The notes under the pieces are model-generated. The model saw nothing but the letters and a program-made list of their open reading frames with translations. It searched no databases and was not told the DNA's origin. Position numbers and translations under genes: made by a program. This document shows, piece after piece, positions 14,333 through 27,351 of a DNA stretch of 64,000 bases; the first letter of the stretch is position 1, and every line of letters begins with the position of its first letter. This DNA comes from Botryllus schlosseri (taxonomy: Eukaryota): contig CM119371.1 of the NCBI GenBank assembly GCA_051294905.1, forward strand, positions 17,548,001 through 17,612,000. Direction: 5' to 3'.

Positions 14333-14738
14333 GTTTAAATTGAAATAGATTAACAAACATAACTACCAAGTTTCACCCAGTCAGATTTCGAAATTATACG
14401 CACATTGATTTGAAACAAGTAATGAAACATTACAACTCTATTCGCGATTCCGTTCCCGTTTGTCAAATAGAGTATCAGTAAATACTATCGCTATGGTGTC
14501 TAGATATTTTAATGTGTTGCTACACGCAATAGAACCAATCAATGAAATATTGCCTGTTGTTGTAAGCACTTCTAACTTGACAACTGCTTTGTACATAACG
14601 AGATCGAGTTGCGACGCAATGAGTTAAATTGGAATCGGAATATTACAATCGACTTTGTCATATCGCGATTTGAAGAAGGATTGACAGACTTGAGCGTAAA
14701 CTTTCACTCAGTCACATTTCAGAGTAATTTGTTTACAC

Positions 14739-15426
14739 CAGGGGTGTCAAACATACGGCCCGCGAAGCCATTTCATTCGGCCCCCCAGGCCATTTCTGGA
14801 CAATTGAAGAAGTTTTAGCAACGGTTTGTATTTATCAAATAACACTTCGACAGCAATCAGTCAGACGCGTTGTAGCGCGTTACTCTCAATTGATACGTAT
14901 GAATGCTGCTAATCAGCAGGAATGAACAGTACACAGTTGCAAATTCGAGTGACTGGCATCTGCCGGATGGCGATATGATACGCTTGTCGTTGACATCGCA
15001 TCTCGCCCACTGGTAATAGACACAAGTGACGACCGAACGAAATTACACATCGATAGTTTGCGACAAATTGCGAGCTCTTATCTCAGCGTGGGGAACTGGA
15101 GATTGTAACGACATGGCTACAGTCATATTCCTAATAGACCCAGTGATTATTCAATCACGATATTCGTGGCTAGGAAATTCACAATCCAAAAATGGGAAAA
15201 ATCAAAAAGGGAGAAGTTACGTATCGCGAACGGCGGACAAGACGTATATTCGAGGGGTAGCTTATCCCCGTAACGTGAGTACATCAGTAAACTGTACGAG
15301 TACGTGTATGCAATAAACTAGTGACTTCAATTTTAAGTGTGTTGAAACACATTTTACTTATCCGGCCCGCGAGACATTTGAAGGTCTGAATCCGGCCCGC
15401 GACCCGAATTGAGTTTGACACCCCTG
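14739..15426. mobile_element. Buster-type hAT MITE
   Basis: Perfect TIR CAGGGGTGTCAAAC/GTTTGACACCCCTG; perfect TSD GTTTACAC; CGGCCCGCG subterminal motifs. Confidence 0.92.
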
Positions 15427-17041
15427 GTTTACACGAACACCATCTCGCTGTCTCCACACTTACACAATCACCTACTGTTCCCATTCGCCACTTCGGTACG
15501 ACATTTCAACTTGTCACAATAGCTGATTATTCCCATATTGATTTGAAACAAAAGAAACCTTGAACAAGTTATCTGGCTATTTTATTGTCAAAATTGAGTT
15601 AACGGCAATAGTATTACGTATCAACATTTTAACATCTTACCATACTCAAAAGAGTCAACCACAAAACATTGTCTAGTTTTAAATCTGACTTCAACGTACC
15701 CAACCAACTCAACAGTATCCGTATGAAAAGTAGACAAGATTACGCGAGTACATACAATCACTACAATCTATAATCCGTAACAAGTTCGATTGTATCCATA
15801 TTCAGCTACTCATCTTTTTTATTCAACTTTAAAAGTCGTTACTATTCTGTAAGATAAAGTTATTACTACTCGGTATATTGTGTAACATGAAGTAATTACA
15901 CTCGACGCACGCAAATTGAGATTAACATATGCTTTGAGTATACGAGATTTGAATGTCTGACCAACGTAACTCGAGAATTCGCTTCTTACGATCGAACGCT
16001 TGTGCTACAGAGAAAGTTATCATGTTGCAAACATCCTTCACATCGATTTGACATATGAGATTTTGTAACAGTCGAGCATTACTTTATTTTAAAATTATGA
16101 CGTAATTAGACCGGGGTTATGTTAAAGGTTAATATGATTGTAACAAACTTTTCAGACATTGCTATGAACATATTGATTTGTAAAACCAAATTAACATGTC
16201 TGAAATGTTTTGATTGGGAAAATTAGGCCGTGTTCGTACAAACCACGCGGTGTATTGCGGAAATCAGGAAATATTTTACAAATGTAATTGTCTCCAATAA
16301 CCAAGACTAAAGATGAAACAACAATTTCCTTTGTTGATCAAGAACCAGTACAATACTTTATTGTCGGAATCTGCGGTGAGAATTGAAACACTTTCGCGCA
16401 TTACCCGGTGTCAAGTTATAACACTAGGTGAATTGACATACCGCCGCTTGATTAATGCTTAATCCGCTCGCACCATTTCACAAACACTTTGATCATTACA
16501 AAGACAAATTGGTATATGTTTGCTAGGCACCTCCTATTCAACTATACTTGAGTATTACAGAAAACTCCTAACATTAATAAAATCGAAACATATGCTTTAC
16601 CGAAATCTACAAAATGTTGTTGTATTGTTGTTCATAGTAGTATCATAAATTATCATTTTAATCTTCTAAAGTAATTGTAATCATAAAACCAAACTACTGG
16701 AAGTCATTAAAAGCATATTGCAGGATGTTTGCTGAATGCATCCTAGTTCGGTAAACTGGAACTATTTGTCGAACGCGCACCATCAAATAAATCGTAATAA
16801 CACGCAACCACTAACACGAATCCTTGAACTCCTAGTCATTTTCTATGCGTACACAACCATAGTGTCGTTTTTTTTTCGGGACACAACACCTAATCGAACA
16901 TCTTTGAGTTTTTAAAATGACACACATATTTTGAAATATCACGTTCTGGATTAAAGCTAATACATCGAAAGTAACAACCGACACGGGTCATTATTATTTA
17001 TTTCAAAATCATTTCAACAAAATTACACACACTGTATAATG

Positions 17042-17423
17042 TAGGCTTACCATACGTCGTCTTTTAAGAGGATTTGTCCTCTTTTTTGACTTTTTTGAAA
17101 GTGTCCTCGGAGGACGCCCTTTTGTCCTCTTTATTGAGATTTTGTCCTCTTTTTTGAAAATTTAGGCAGATTTAGAGCAAATTGCGAGTGATATGCCGCA
17201 TATTAGCACAGAAGTGAAGCTCCGGCGGGTATTTCGGAGGGAAAAACGGTGATTTCAGCTCTGAGCAGAAGTGAAGACCTTTTTTTTTTTTTTTTTTTTT
17301 TTAGTCAACCGATCACAAAGTGAGAAAAATTAACCGCTATTTGAGAATTTCACTCCGGTTTTGCATGTTGCAAATTTCTGAAAAAGTGTCCTCTTTTTTG
17401 ATTTCAAAAATATGGTAAGCCTA
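17042..17423. mobile_element. hAT (Tip100-like) MITE
   Basis: TIR TAGGCTTACCATA/TATGGTAAGCCTA; 7-bp direct flank TATAATG; internal GTCCTCTTTTT repeats. Confidence 0.85.
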
Positions 17424-17649
17424 TATAATGCATTGGTGGTTTTTGCGTGACGCGAGAATAAATCGGATCACAACGTGTATTTTAAGGATAAAAACTTCGG
17501 TGGAAACATGCTGCTCCGGGTTTAGGTTTCTCGACTTTCCTGACTGTTATATCGAGCTTCCCGTCTACACCTTCCTAATCTTCATATTACGTTTAAACAA
17601 GTTGCATAATTGATACTTATGTTATTAATTTGCACGGTTGACTGATAAA

Positions 17650-17832
17650 GCTTCTTTCTCCCTCCCTTCTCCCTGTCCCTCTCCTCTTCCAACCTCCCCT
17701 CGCCCCTTCCCTATCCCCATCCCTATCCTCCTCCCTCTCCATTTACCCCTCTCACTCTCTCTCTCTCTCTCTCACACTCACTCTCTCTCTCTCTCTCTCT
17801 CCCTCACTATCTCACTTTCTCTTCCATTCCCG
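17650..17832. repeat. CT-rich microsatellite / polypyrimidine tract
   Basis: (CT)n and CCCT runs visible directly. Confidence 0.9.
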
Positions 17833-18142
17833 TGAAATGACATTTTCATATGTGATGTATCGGAGACCATCTCAAGAACCGAGTAAAGTATAGTCTCGCA
17901 ATCAAGTATCTACCGTCGGCTAACTCCCGATGTAGCAGTGTGCGATTTCTGTCTTTCGACTGTCTTTCTTCTTGCCGCTGCTTTTTCCGACTCCTTTCAT
18001 TCGCTTCCTTTGTATATTCGTCCTTCACCGGTTCATTTTCTGTGATGCTTGGTAAAAACACCGTGCCATAGCAACGCAGGAGAAATATAAGTCGACATAA
18101 ATGTCCGACACTTCAAATCGTGTTACTGCAGACACTCTAACT

Positions 18143-19193
18143 CCGAGGTGGGGAACTATTTTTCCCGGCGGGCCAGATGTGAAGCACAAAATACGTCGAC
18201 GAGTGAGACAAAAGTTTAGACTGTATTTTACGGCGTGCAGATTTATGTCTAAATTGTAAGCAGTGAATTAGGCCTACATAACTGACACATATTGCCAAGT
18301 GCATGTGTTACTACTTGACTGCGTCCCGAGCTTTGTGTAGCTTGGTATAATAGCCTTGCTGTCGCCAGCCGTACCACATCAGCCGAGTGTAGGTATTTCA
18401 CTGTATTAAATCCCACGCAATATACAGTGTGAATGTGACTACTGTTTCTATCGAAAGCTAATAGGTAATTACGCCAATCACACTACCATCTGAAAGGACA
18501 AAGAATTGCAGCGAACACGTTCAGCTCCAGCGTTAGCGTGAAGCCTGGCGACTGCGAGCGAAGCGCAGCAAGACGTCTGTCTCGGTCGATTAGTGTTCGC
18601 TCAATTATAACGAGCCATAATTGTGGAACTAAACATACTACAGCAAACGAAAGTTAATATATAGCACTTTGCGTGAATTTTCTCATAATGCGGACTCAAA
18701 TTTTGTTTCTGCTCGGTTTTCGTCGTCAACTAATGATACCGGCTCACTGCTGACTTTCAGTAAACAGATATTCAATGCTCCAAATCTTGTTGAAATGTCG
18801 GCATTCAGCCGCATCAATAATTGATGTACATAATATCGTTTGTCAGTGCGGACGACCGCTAATCACGTGCACTGATTGCATTGTTTTACGAAATAGGATT
18901 TCGCACAGACCTGGCACTGACCTGGCAACAAACAAGATTTGAACCTGAATATGCAAACAGTGACGGCATACTTTTTGGTTTTATTTTGAACCTGAATTTC
19001 TCATAGTATGTAGCCTAAGTGTTACGTTACGTGACCACGGTACATAAATCAGCCAGACTGCAGAGTGAACGCATTTACAGTTCACTTTATATAGTTTGGT
19101 CCACGCATTAACATTAATAAATAGATTACAAGGAACACTTCGCGCGCCGCATTTGGCCTGCTGGCCACGCGATGCCCACATTACCCAGGTCTG
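18143..19193. mobile_element. Degenerate Buster-type hAT MITE
   Basis: Left CCGAGGTGGGGAAC..GCGGGCCAGA, right GCGCCGCATTTGGCC..CCCAGGTCTG; TSD CTCTAACT/CTCCAACT. Confidence 0.65.
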
Positions 19194-19284
19194 CTCCAAC
19201 TAGTATACTATCGCCCATGTCGAAGGCGTCGGAGTAACCAACAGCGCCAGCTTCTGTGCAAATCTCAAAAATGTTGTGTTAAGG

Positions 19285-20722
19285 CAGGGGTGCGCAAACT
19301 TTTTAGCTTGCGGGCCGCGCTACATAAATTTGGGCTACTAAGCAAAAATTCAATACCGTTATTTGGTTATATAGTGACTGATAACATGGAACTAATGCAT
19401 ATGTATTTGTATATTAAAAAACAACAACATTGATTTGATGAAAACGTACACGCTTCAGAAACACTGACGAGAATGTATATGCTGGTCGTCATCATTGTCA
19501 AAATTAGGAACGAAAGTCGGTCGTCCCGAATCAGGGATATCTAGAACACTAGACATACGTGTCTGGATTCTTAGAACTGGTTGTAAAATTGCGTCTGTGA
19601 GCAGCGAGCGATATGCTGCTTTTACTTGTGGTTTAACTTCGGACATGATTAAAACAGCACTTCAGGAGCCCCCCGCGCCATTAAAAGAAGAAAAAACGTT
19701 GGTCTTGGAGCCCCAAATGGTTGATAAACCAAACTTCTGGGAGAGCTCACGAAGTGCTATTTCGGTCCTGCTGAATTTCTATAATTCATGAATGAATCGG
19801 TCAATAATATCGGGAATTGCATATATACTGCTACAAATTTTTTTATCCTCTCTCTCTGTCCACGTAATCAGAATTACCGTTAGAGCTGCGTGAGGTGCTG
19901 TCTTTGGAAATGCAGGGCCCGTAAATAATAATTAAACATGTTCAGGTGGGTCAGTTGACACAATGACTTCGTTACATCATGTTATTTCGTGACCTCCTGT
20001 CTGCCATGTCAAATAATAGTGAAATCGCCCACACGTAGCCTACCAATAACTATAAAAGTCGCATACGATTTCATATTGGTCTTTCTTCGCTGGAAAATAA
20101 TTTTCTCTGCGGGATGAAATTTTTCTTATAGGGTTCACATTGCCAGAACACGAACATTCGGTGCCAGCGATTTAGGCTCCCATAGACAATCATAGATATG
20201 GCAGTCCTTTTCGGCCTAGGTTTTCTCGCTGTCGATCGTACTGGCACAATTCTCTGAGTAGCATGTTACAGTGCCTAAAACTTCATATGTGTTCGTGCAT
20301 CGTGGCCCGTTAATGGGCAATGACGAAATGCCCATTTCTATCAATATTGCGTATTTTTGTCTTACGGAAAAGGTGCCCAATAATCAATCTAATTCAGCAA
20401 CAATAAATCGCGCTCAACGCGAAAAAAATGAATAACTTTGGATAAATTTTCGAATAAATACTCATTCACGAAATAATTTTCGGGCCCCCTTCGAGCTCCC
20501 CATTCATCACCCCCCCCCCCCCAATCAATTGGTACATAATATAACTTGTCATTATCATGTTCAAATATATTAAGAAAAAACGTTTAATTAACTATCACAG
20601 TAATTTGATATTTTCACACATTTTATCAATATTTCTAAGCCATTTACTGAGGCTTTCACAGGCCGCACAGAACGGCGTTGCGGGCCGTATGCGGCCCGTG
20701 GGCAGTAATTTTCCCAACCCTG
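19285..20722 (-). mobile_element. Buster-type hAT derivative inserted in intron 1 of lectin copy A
   Basis: CAGGGGTGCGCAAACT...TTTTCCCAACCCTG; TSD TGTTAAGG/TGTTAAGC; minus-strand remnant RSLLTDAILQPVLRIQT (hAT C-terminus). Confidence 0.8.
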
Positions 20723-20816
20723 TGTTAAGCCGATGCATATAGATATTCAATTCATATTGATCATTATAAAATCCATATTGGAAAAGAAGTTCTATACCTC
20801 GATCATTTGTATCCAG

Positions 20817-22094
20817 ATAAGTGCGCGATTGAATGGAGTGGTATCTGCTTCTTTGCTATATTCGAACATCCCAACAAAATCAATCAAGAGGCTGCAAGAC
20901 TAGCATGCACAAAACAAGGTGCCGAGCTTAGCAACATTTATGCGGAGAGTCAATACGAAGTTATCATGGAGTATCTTCGACCATATATCGCTGCCAGAAA
21001 TGATGGAGTAGAAGCGTTTGGGATCAGGACTGGAATGAGATACGAAGCGAAGGTACCAAATATTTTCCTTTCAACATATACACAATACACATCTATAAAT
21101 CCCTGTTTGGCACGTGAATAAAAGAAGGATCGTTGCAATGGCGAGGATGGGCAAATAATCCAATTAACACAGTTTTCACGAAAATCGATTCAGTATTTTC
21201 ACTAATCTTTATAAGACCCACGAAATTGACACATCATTTGGATCATTGAAATCATAGGGCTACCATATATGAACCTAATCAGAGTTTTGGAATTTCGCCG
21301 GTCTAGCATCTGGCAGTTTTGCGGTAATGAATAAGATCCAGAATGTCATTTTATCCACCGAAACCAGGTCCAAATAAGGAGAGTACTTTAACTTTCTGAC
21401 TCATAAATGTGTCGTTTTGTTTCCCGAAATTTGAAGGCTCTATGTAACTGTTACGCAGTTCCTTTTCTAGAGCTTCTTGGAGGTACAGAACTTCAGTATA
21501 CAATTGAATAGTATATATTCATATTGAAATGAAACCCGAATATTTTCGGCTGACACTCGTCAGGGGTAATCGTCATCGTAATCTACTAGTTGCTGAAGAT
21601 TACCCCTGATGAGTGTCAGCCGAAAATATTTGGGTTTCATTTCAATATGAATATATTAGTCAATAGTTCCTTTTCTGCACTACTATTTCACTGCGTATTA
21701 CATGTAATTTTTATAATGTGTAATGACGCTGACAATATCGATGATAAAATCCACTGACGCATAAAATGGAGCAGAGCTTATTCATTCGCATCTTGACTAT
21801 GGTGCCAGTTGGCGAATGCCGCAATTTTCTACGGAGCTCGTTTCGCAAAATGTATTTTGCGATCTGACATGCAAATGTATTATTATTTTTCTTATCTGGA
21901 GTCCTTTACCTGCCCGACAACAGTGATGGGAGGCACCATTCCTACATTGGAGATCTGGATATCCTTATCCAGCATCAGACCGAACTACTGTACTGCTCCA
22001 CGGGGACTGGGATGAAGGATTGAAATATAATGGGATGTACAACTTGAAATCCTCGACTGGAAGCTTTGCTATTCCATGCCAAATAAATATATAG
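20817..22094 (+). pseudogene. C-type-lectin-like gene copy A (exon 2 20817-21052 intact; exon 3 ~21895-22094 defective)
   Basis: Exon 2 has the same 236-bp length and splice sites as in copies B and C. Exon 3 lacks the acceptor AG (CTTA|TCT vs CTAG|TCG/TCT) and has a 5-nt insertion (GATGG) shifting the frame before EAPFLHWRSGYP...GMYN...CQINI*. No exon 1 found. Confidence 0.75.
21513..21656. repeat. ~63-bp-arm inverted repeat (Penelope-like remnant / candidate hammerhead core)
   Basis: Arms ~21513-21575 and ~21594-21656 are near-perfect reverse complements; the right arm contains CTGAAGA..CTGATGAGTGTCAGCCGAAA. Confidence 0.7.
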
Positions 22095-22223
22095 AATACG
22101 TCAATACACCCAACATTTTATGTAATTCATGATCATTATGATATATTGTCCGTGGTGATTTCAAATGCCTGATTAAAACGATTGATCCAGTTGCCGTTGG
22201 CTTATCGATGGGTGTATACAGAA

Positions 22224-24507
22224 CAGTGATGAGCATCGGAGCGGAGTCGGAGAGTTTTGCCAATTTTGTGATACTCGGAGCGGGCTCGGAGTTTACTACA
22301 GATATTTTTCCGGAGTTTTCCGGAGTGTTGTAGGTTTTGCCCCCGATATCTTTCGATAGCTCTGACCAGAAGACACTATTGATTACAAACCAAAACACAG
22401 ACAGCTGACACCTTGTAAAGTTGTAATATGACGGGTAGCATGCAAAAATGATTGACAAGTGCATAAAAATCAGCCATCTGCACTGCAATTGGAGACTGGA
22501 GAGTAACCTAGTGATCTAGCAAGGCATTTTCGTTGAGCAGTGTCTGTAGTTCACAAAATTAAAGGCGTCCAATATCATTCGCAGTGCATCATTTGCTCCC
22601 TGCCTTGAGATGCAGTCTTTGAATGATTGAATCCACAGCTAAATGTCACCATATTATGAGATAAGATCTCCAGAATCTTCCATGTTGCTGTCATTGCAGT
22701 CTTCTATAGTCACATTCCTCCTTGGGTATTTGTTTGGTGACTGATTTTCATGCCACCCCAGTAATTGTGCGAAACATTTACAATCAGCAACATACAGCGG
22801 GGCTTCTCTATGGTACAACCTTTAGCTACCCTGATTCTTCCAGCAAATTCATGATCATAACAGAATATATCCCATTATCCTGATGACATTCAACATAGTA
22901 ATAGGTCCATTTTGTGAAAATGTATTCCCAACGTTGGTATCAGTTGAAACAAGATAATATCCGATACCGCTTTTGTGATAACTTGTCACAACTTTCATCG
23001 TACTTGCAATTTGCAGTGAGAGATATAGATAATAAGTGTTACATCAATATTACCTTTATATCTGTGAGAAATATACATACAAGCAAGTTTCTGGATGGAA
23101 ACAATAATAACTACGGTATGCAATGTGTTACAATGATTTAATGGCATTGCGACGAATTTTCGCTAGGCTAGTAAGATCCGCTAACAGAGGCATACCAGCA
23201 TCTAAGCTCGCTTTAAAGATTTCAACAATACATAAATCACTAAGGTAAGCTGATCTTACCCTGTAAAAACAATATATTCCGAATTTCTGAACAGCCACAC
23301 TATATAACCATACAACCGTCTGCTTTTCTCTGCTCGCATCAACTACGCTTCCTTCAATATTGATTGACGTAGTCAGTCATCCAGAACTCTTCTGAATTTT
23401 CGTCATGTAATTTTTGGTTTGATTGAGAAATGACTTTGATGTGATAAGAAAAATCAGCACCGCAATCAAGTTTCTGCTGCTGGTCTGTCTCAGACTCCAA
23501 ATTCCAGTTATCATGTATCAGCTTCAAAATTGGAAGTCACTCTCACTATTCATTTAGTCCACTTCAAGGAGCGTCGATCGGTGCGTCAGTGATGCATCAT
23601 GTATGTTTAGTGCAGTGCAGCTCCATCAGCTGTTTCATGGCGATGCGGAACTTAATTTACTGAAACCTGTGATGTGATCGTCGATTTCAGTGGTGTTAGT
23701 GGTAGTTAGTTCGAACTGACTGGTCTTCCTTCGTCGTTTTAATATAATGGCTGAAGCACCGTCGACGTCAAGTGGGTTACCCACAAAGACGCAGAAAAAG
23801 AGTGACGTGTGGAAGGATTTCACTCTGATGCTGCATGATAATAACGGCCAGTATACTGGGTTTGCGAGATGTCAAAATTGCAATGTTCAGCTAAAGCATC
23901 ACAAGTCGACAAGTGGTACGTCGCATCTTCGAAGACATAGCGAAGCGTGTAAGAAGAATTGATCGCAGTTGAAGAAAGTTCCTTTCTTTCTTCCAACAAA
24001 AAAGTAAGCGAGAAATCAAAGGAGAAGGTGATCATGGGGAACACCTTCCAGATTTACGGTGAAACGTAAGTTGGATGAGAAGGCTTCATCTTTGAAGCAG
24101 AAGCTGTCAGAGGAACTAAGAGTTGCTATCAAGTCTTATGGGCTGGCTGGCATCACCACAGATATGTGGACCGATCTAAAGGGTCGCAGTTCTATTAGCT
24201 TGACTGTCCATTTTGTTGGAGAGAACTTGACTCTCAGAAGTAATGTTGCGACTGTTCGGCAATTCATGGATGCTAAAAAAACTGGTCTGAATATCAGACA
24301 GGCTATCGAAAACATCGATTGGGATTCTTCGACAATGGTTTTGAATAACTGCCTCTACCGATATGGATGTTTCGGAGACTGGACAAGATTCTTCGGGTTA
24401 TCTCGGAGTCTGGGATTGAGATCCCCGGAGTCGGAGGGACTTTGCCTCAGAGACCAAAGTTGTCGGAGGGACTCGGAGTCTCGAAAAGCAGGCTCCGCTC
24501 ATCACTG
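22224..24507 (+). mobile_element. hAT (hobo/Ac-like) element with BED-finger transposase remnant
   Basis: TIR CAGTGATGAGC/GCTCATCACTG; perfect TSD ATACAGAA; CGGAG subterminal repeats; 23747-23962 BED finger (SDVWKDF..CQNC..GTSHLRRH..C); 24059-24340 catalytic start (TTDMWTD..ISLTVHFV); broken by a stop and truncated. Confidence 0.92.
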
Positions 24508-26539
24508 ATACAGAATGTGGTCACTTGATGGCGAAGACGAAGATGAGACTAGGTAAATGATTCTAATCCTACATAGCTGAAAGGTATAATAATAGACAAC
24601 GCTTTCCACTTGGTGTACTATACCAGTGTCAGAAATTATACCAAAATTAAACAAAAATAAGAACGTGAGAAATTTATAATACGGCACATCAATGCAATTT
24701 CAGGTATTCAATGCCAGACTAATACCAGCTGGCTGAAGTACTGATATGACAGCTTATTTTGAATTCTTGCTCAAATATACTATTGATCTTTAAATTCCGT
24801 CGCGTTGGTCGTCCGGCGATAAGTATGTTTGTGGAAGGTATGACTAATTTTGACATCAAAGCGAAGCTAACAACTGAGAACTTTCAAACAATTGTGCTTG
24901 ACACACGACTCGTTCACGGAAGCAAATGATTCAGCATATAAAAAGGGTCATTGTGTATTTGGTCATATATATATTGTGTCATTGTGCCAATGGTACCACA
25001 GTGCTATTAAATATCACCCATTCAAGATAGGTGACGTGAGTAGTCCCATGATTTGCATAGAATGACGAAAATGTATATCAGTACATATATGCATGAATGG
25101 GTAAATAAATATAGTAATTTGGTAGTTTCGGAATCACTCAGTATACAAATCTATTTATAACTATTCTCATTGGAAACATCTCCTCCAACCGAGGTACAAA
25201 TCGGATAACCAGTCAAAAATAGACATTAGTGAATGTATTGTTAATGTTTCAACGCAGTGCTTTTCAACCGACAAACGCGAGCGGAGGAGTGCGAATTAAA
25301 ACATGTATATTTGTTACTTTTTGACGTGGAATAATTCCAGTAAATTTAATAGGAACTTCGAGTACAATGTATTCCTAACTTTGGTCGTGTAACCATTCTA
25401 ATGATTCCAAAATGTTACCTCAAACTCCATGCCCTTGTTTTTCGCGTGAATACTAAAATATCAAGCTTATCAACATAATAATCATGACCATAGGGTTCTA
25501 TTCTATCAAGGTATGAACACCTCTATTCGCAAACAATGGAATTGGCCAAATTACGATGATTTGCCGGTTGAATATACCGGTTGCCGGTTGAATATACTGC
25601 CAAAAAAGCGGCTTTACCGACGACATACTTTTGTATATACTGCTATGATGGCTCTGTTTTAATCGCAATCCGACAATATAGTCATGTGTAGGCCTATGCA
25701 TTGTGACCAATACACGTGATTAAACCGTAAACTCAGACATTTAAATTTTGTTCATTATTATTATATCGCGAATCGGGTTTCTAACCGACGTTTTCCCTCC
25801 TGCACATAACTACTTTTGGTCAATTTCCCCATTAAACTGCGAAATTAATGTGCACTTTTTGCCTTCTCGAAATTGATGTCAATGGCAGCAGCTTGTTCCT
25901 TATGGTTACCAGAGTTCAACAACAACACCGCTGTATGATAGTTATAATGTGGCCTGCGAACACGAACATCAAAGATATACACGATATTTTCTATATTGAG
26001 GGATTATTTAATGAAAGTATTTCGTACTAAAAATTGCAATATTTATTAGAGATGTGTTTGATAACACAGGAATTTTTCATAATCACGTCGCTGGCTGGAT
26101 GAAACCGTCTGGCGGGCGTGATGCGGCCTGCGGGCAGTATGTGTGACACCGCTGTTCTACGCTATGCAACACTTAGCTTTTACTTAGAAAGGGGCTTCGA
26201 AAGCAACCTGAAGCAATGTTCATGCGGTTTCACGGCAACGCAATTCCCTGCATGTGTGTGAATGATGTTACCAAAATATTAGTCCATCTCAGTAATCCTT
26301 CTATAACAGTTTCTTTAATAGGTAAAATGATCAACGTTGTCGGGAGCATATATTTTTAATCAAGTAGTGGATCTGTGATAACAAAATGTTGACGCTCTGG
26401 CTACTTGGATAGTGGATTACATAAATGCAAAACCAACATAAAGTATTGGCCATAAATATGTGCATATCAATTAGGTCGTAAGTCTTGTTCGTCTTAGAGC
26501 CATGACGAAAATATCACATAAGAGTAGGTTACGATATGT

Positions 26540-27191
26540 CGCAGCAGGAGGTATATCATCGAGCGTCACTTGCTCAGATATTCTGTCATTTCATCATAAT
26601 CTTTTGTTCTACTAGATACATAGAAACAACGTTTGCAAAATAAACCAGGGGTTCCATAATTAGGATGGGAAATCAATTATTAACACTCCGAAATCATTTC
26701 GGTCCACCTCGTACTGAGAGTAAAAATGATATTTGTTATTAGGGAAAACGGCTGCAGCATAGACGTAGGAAGTGTAGTTTAAGGTCTTAAAATATAATCT
26801 TACAATCCGTCAATTCAGTACCGGGGATAACGCAGGACATGTGCTATGTCTGAGGATACTCCATGTGATATCAGATGTAGTCCAAAATTGAATGAGGATT
26901 CCTGTTTCATAAATACATTTAGAAGGCTTTGCTACACTAAGATACAGCAATCCAAAGAGAGAGTAAAGATTCGAAATTGTTTTATAAATTGAAACGGGAA
27001 TTACTTAATCTATCTATAAGCAATTTATGACTGCAGTTGCAACACTGATTGGCGGTGGTGTCACCAATTGCATGCTTAAATCTGTAATATCTAGTTCAAA
27101 AATTCACATCGTCACACTTGACGCATGCCACCATATTCTAAAATGAAATGTAATTGTACATCGAAATTTAGAAAATCAAGTACAGCTTACT
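26540..27191 (+). promoter_or_regulatory. Conserved upstream region of lectin copy B
   Basis: Alignable by eye with ~54090-54767 upstream of copy C (e.g. GATACATAGAAACAA, TACAATCCGTCA, GTGATATCA, CGTCACAC, CTTACT-ATG). Confidence 0.55.
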
Positions 27192-27351
27192 ATGAATCCG
27201 TTGATGCGGTTTATTACTGGAGTTTTATTGCTTGCAAATTCTATTATCTCTGTACCGCACGATGGTAATCAATTCGCGACCATTGACGAAGTCATAGAGA
27301 AACTTTCCGACTTGGAATATCGACTCAGTTTGAAAATACTACAAGAACATG
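27192..27351 (+). CDS. C-type-lectin-like protein copy B, exon 1 (signal peptide + short coiled coil)
   Basis: ATG, hydrophobic N-terminus MNPLMRFITGVLLLANSIIS, heptad-like IDEVIEKLSDLEYRLSLKIL; donor G|GTAAGC; 160 bp, same as copy C exon 1. Confidence 0.85.

Noticed and set aside
17638..17835. Pro/Ser/Leu-rich ORF
   Set aside because: Translation of a CT microsatellite.
21809..22015. 68-aa ORF
   Set aside because: Mostly an out-of-frame reading of lectin A exon 3.
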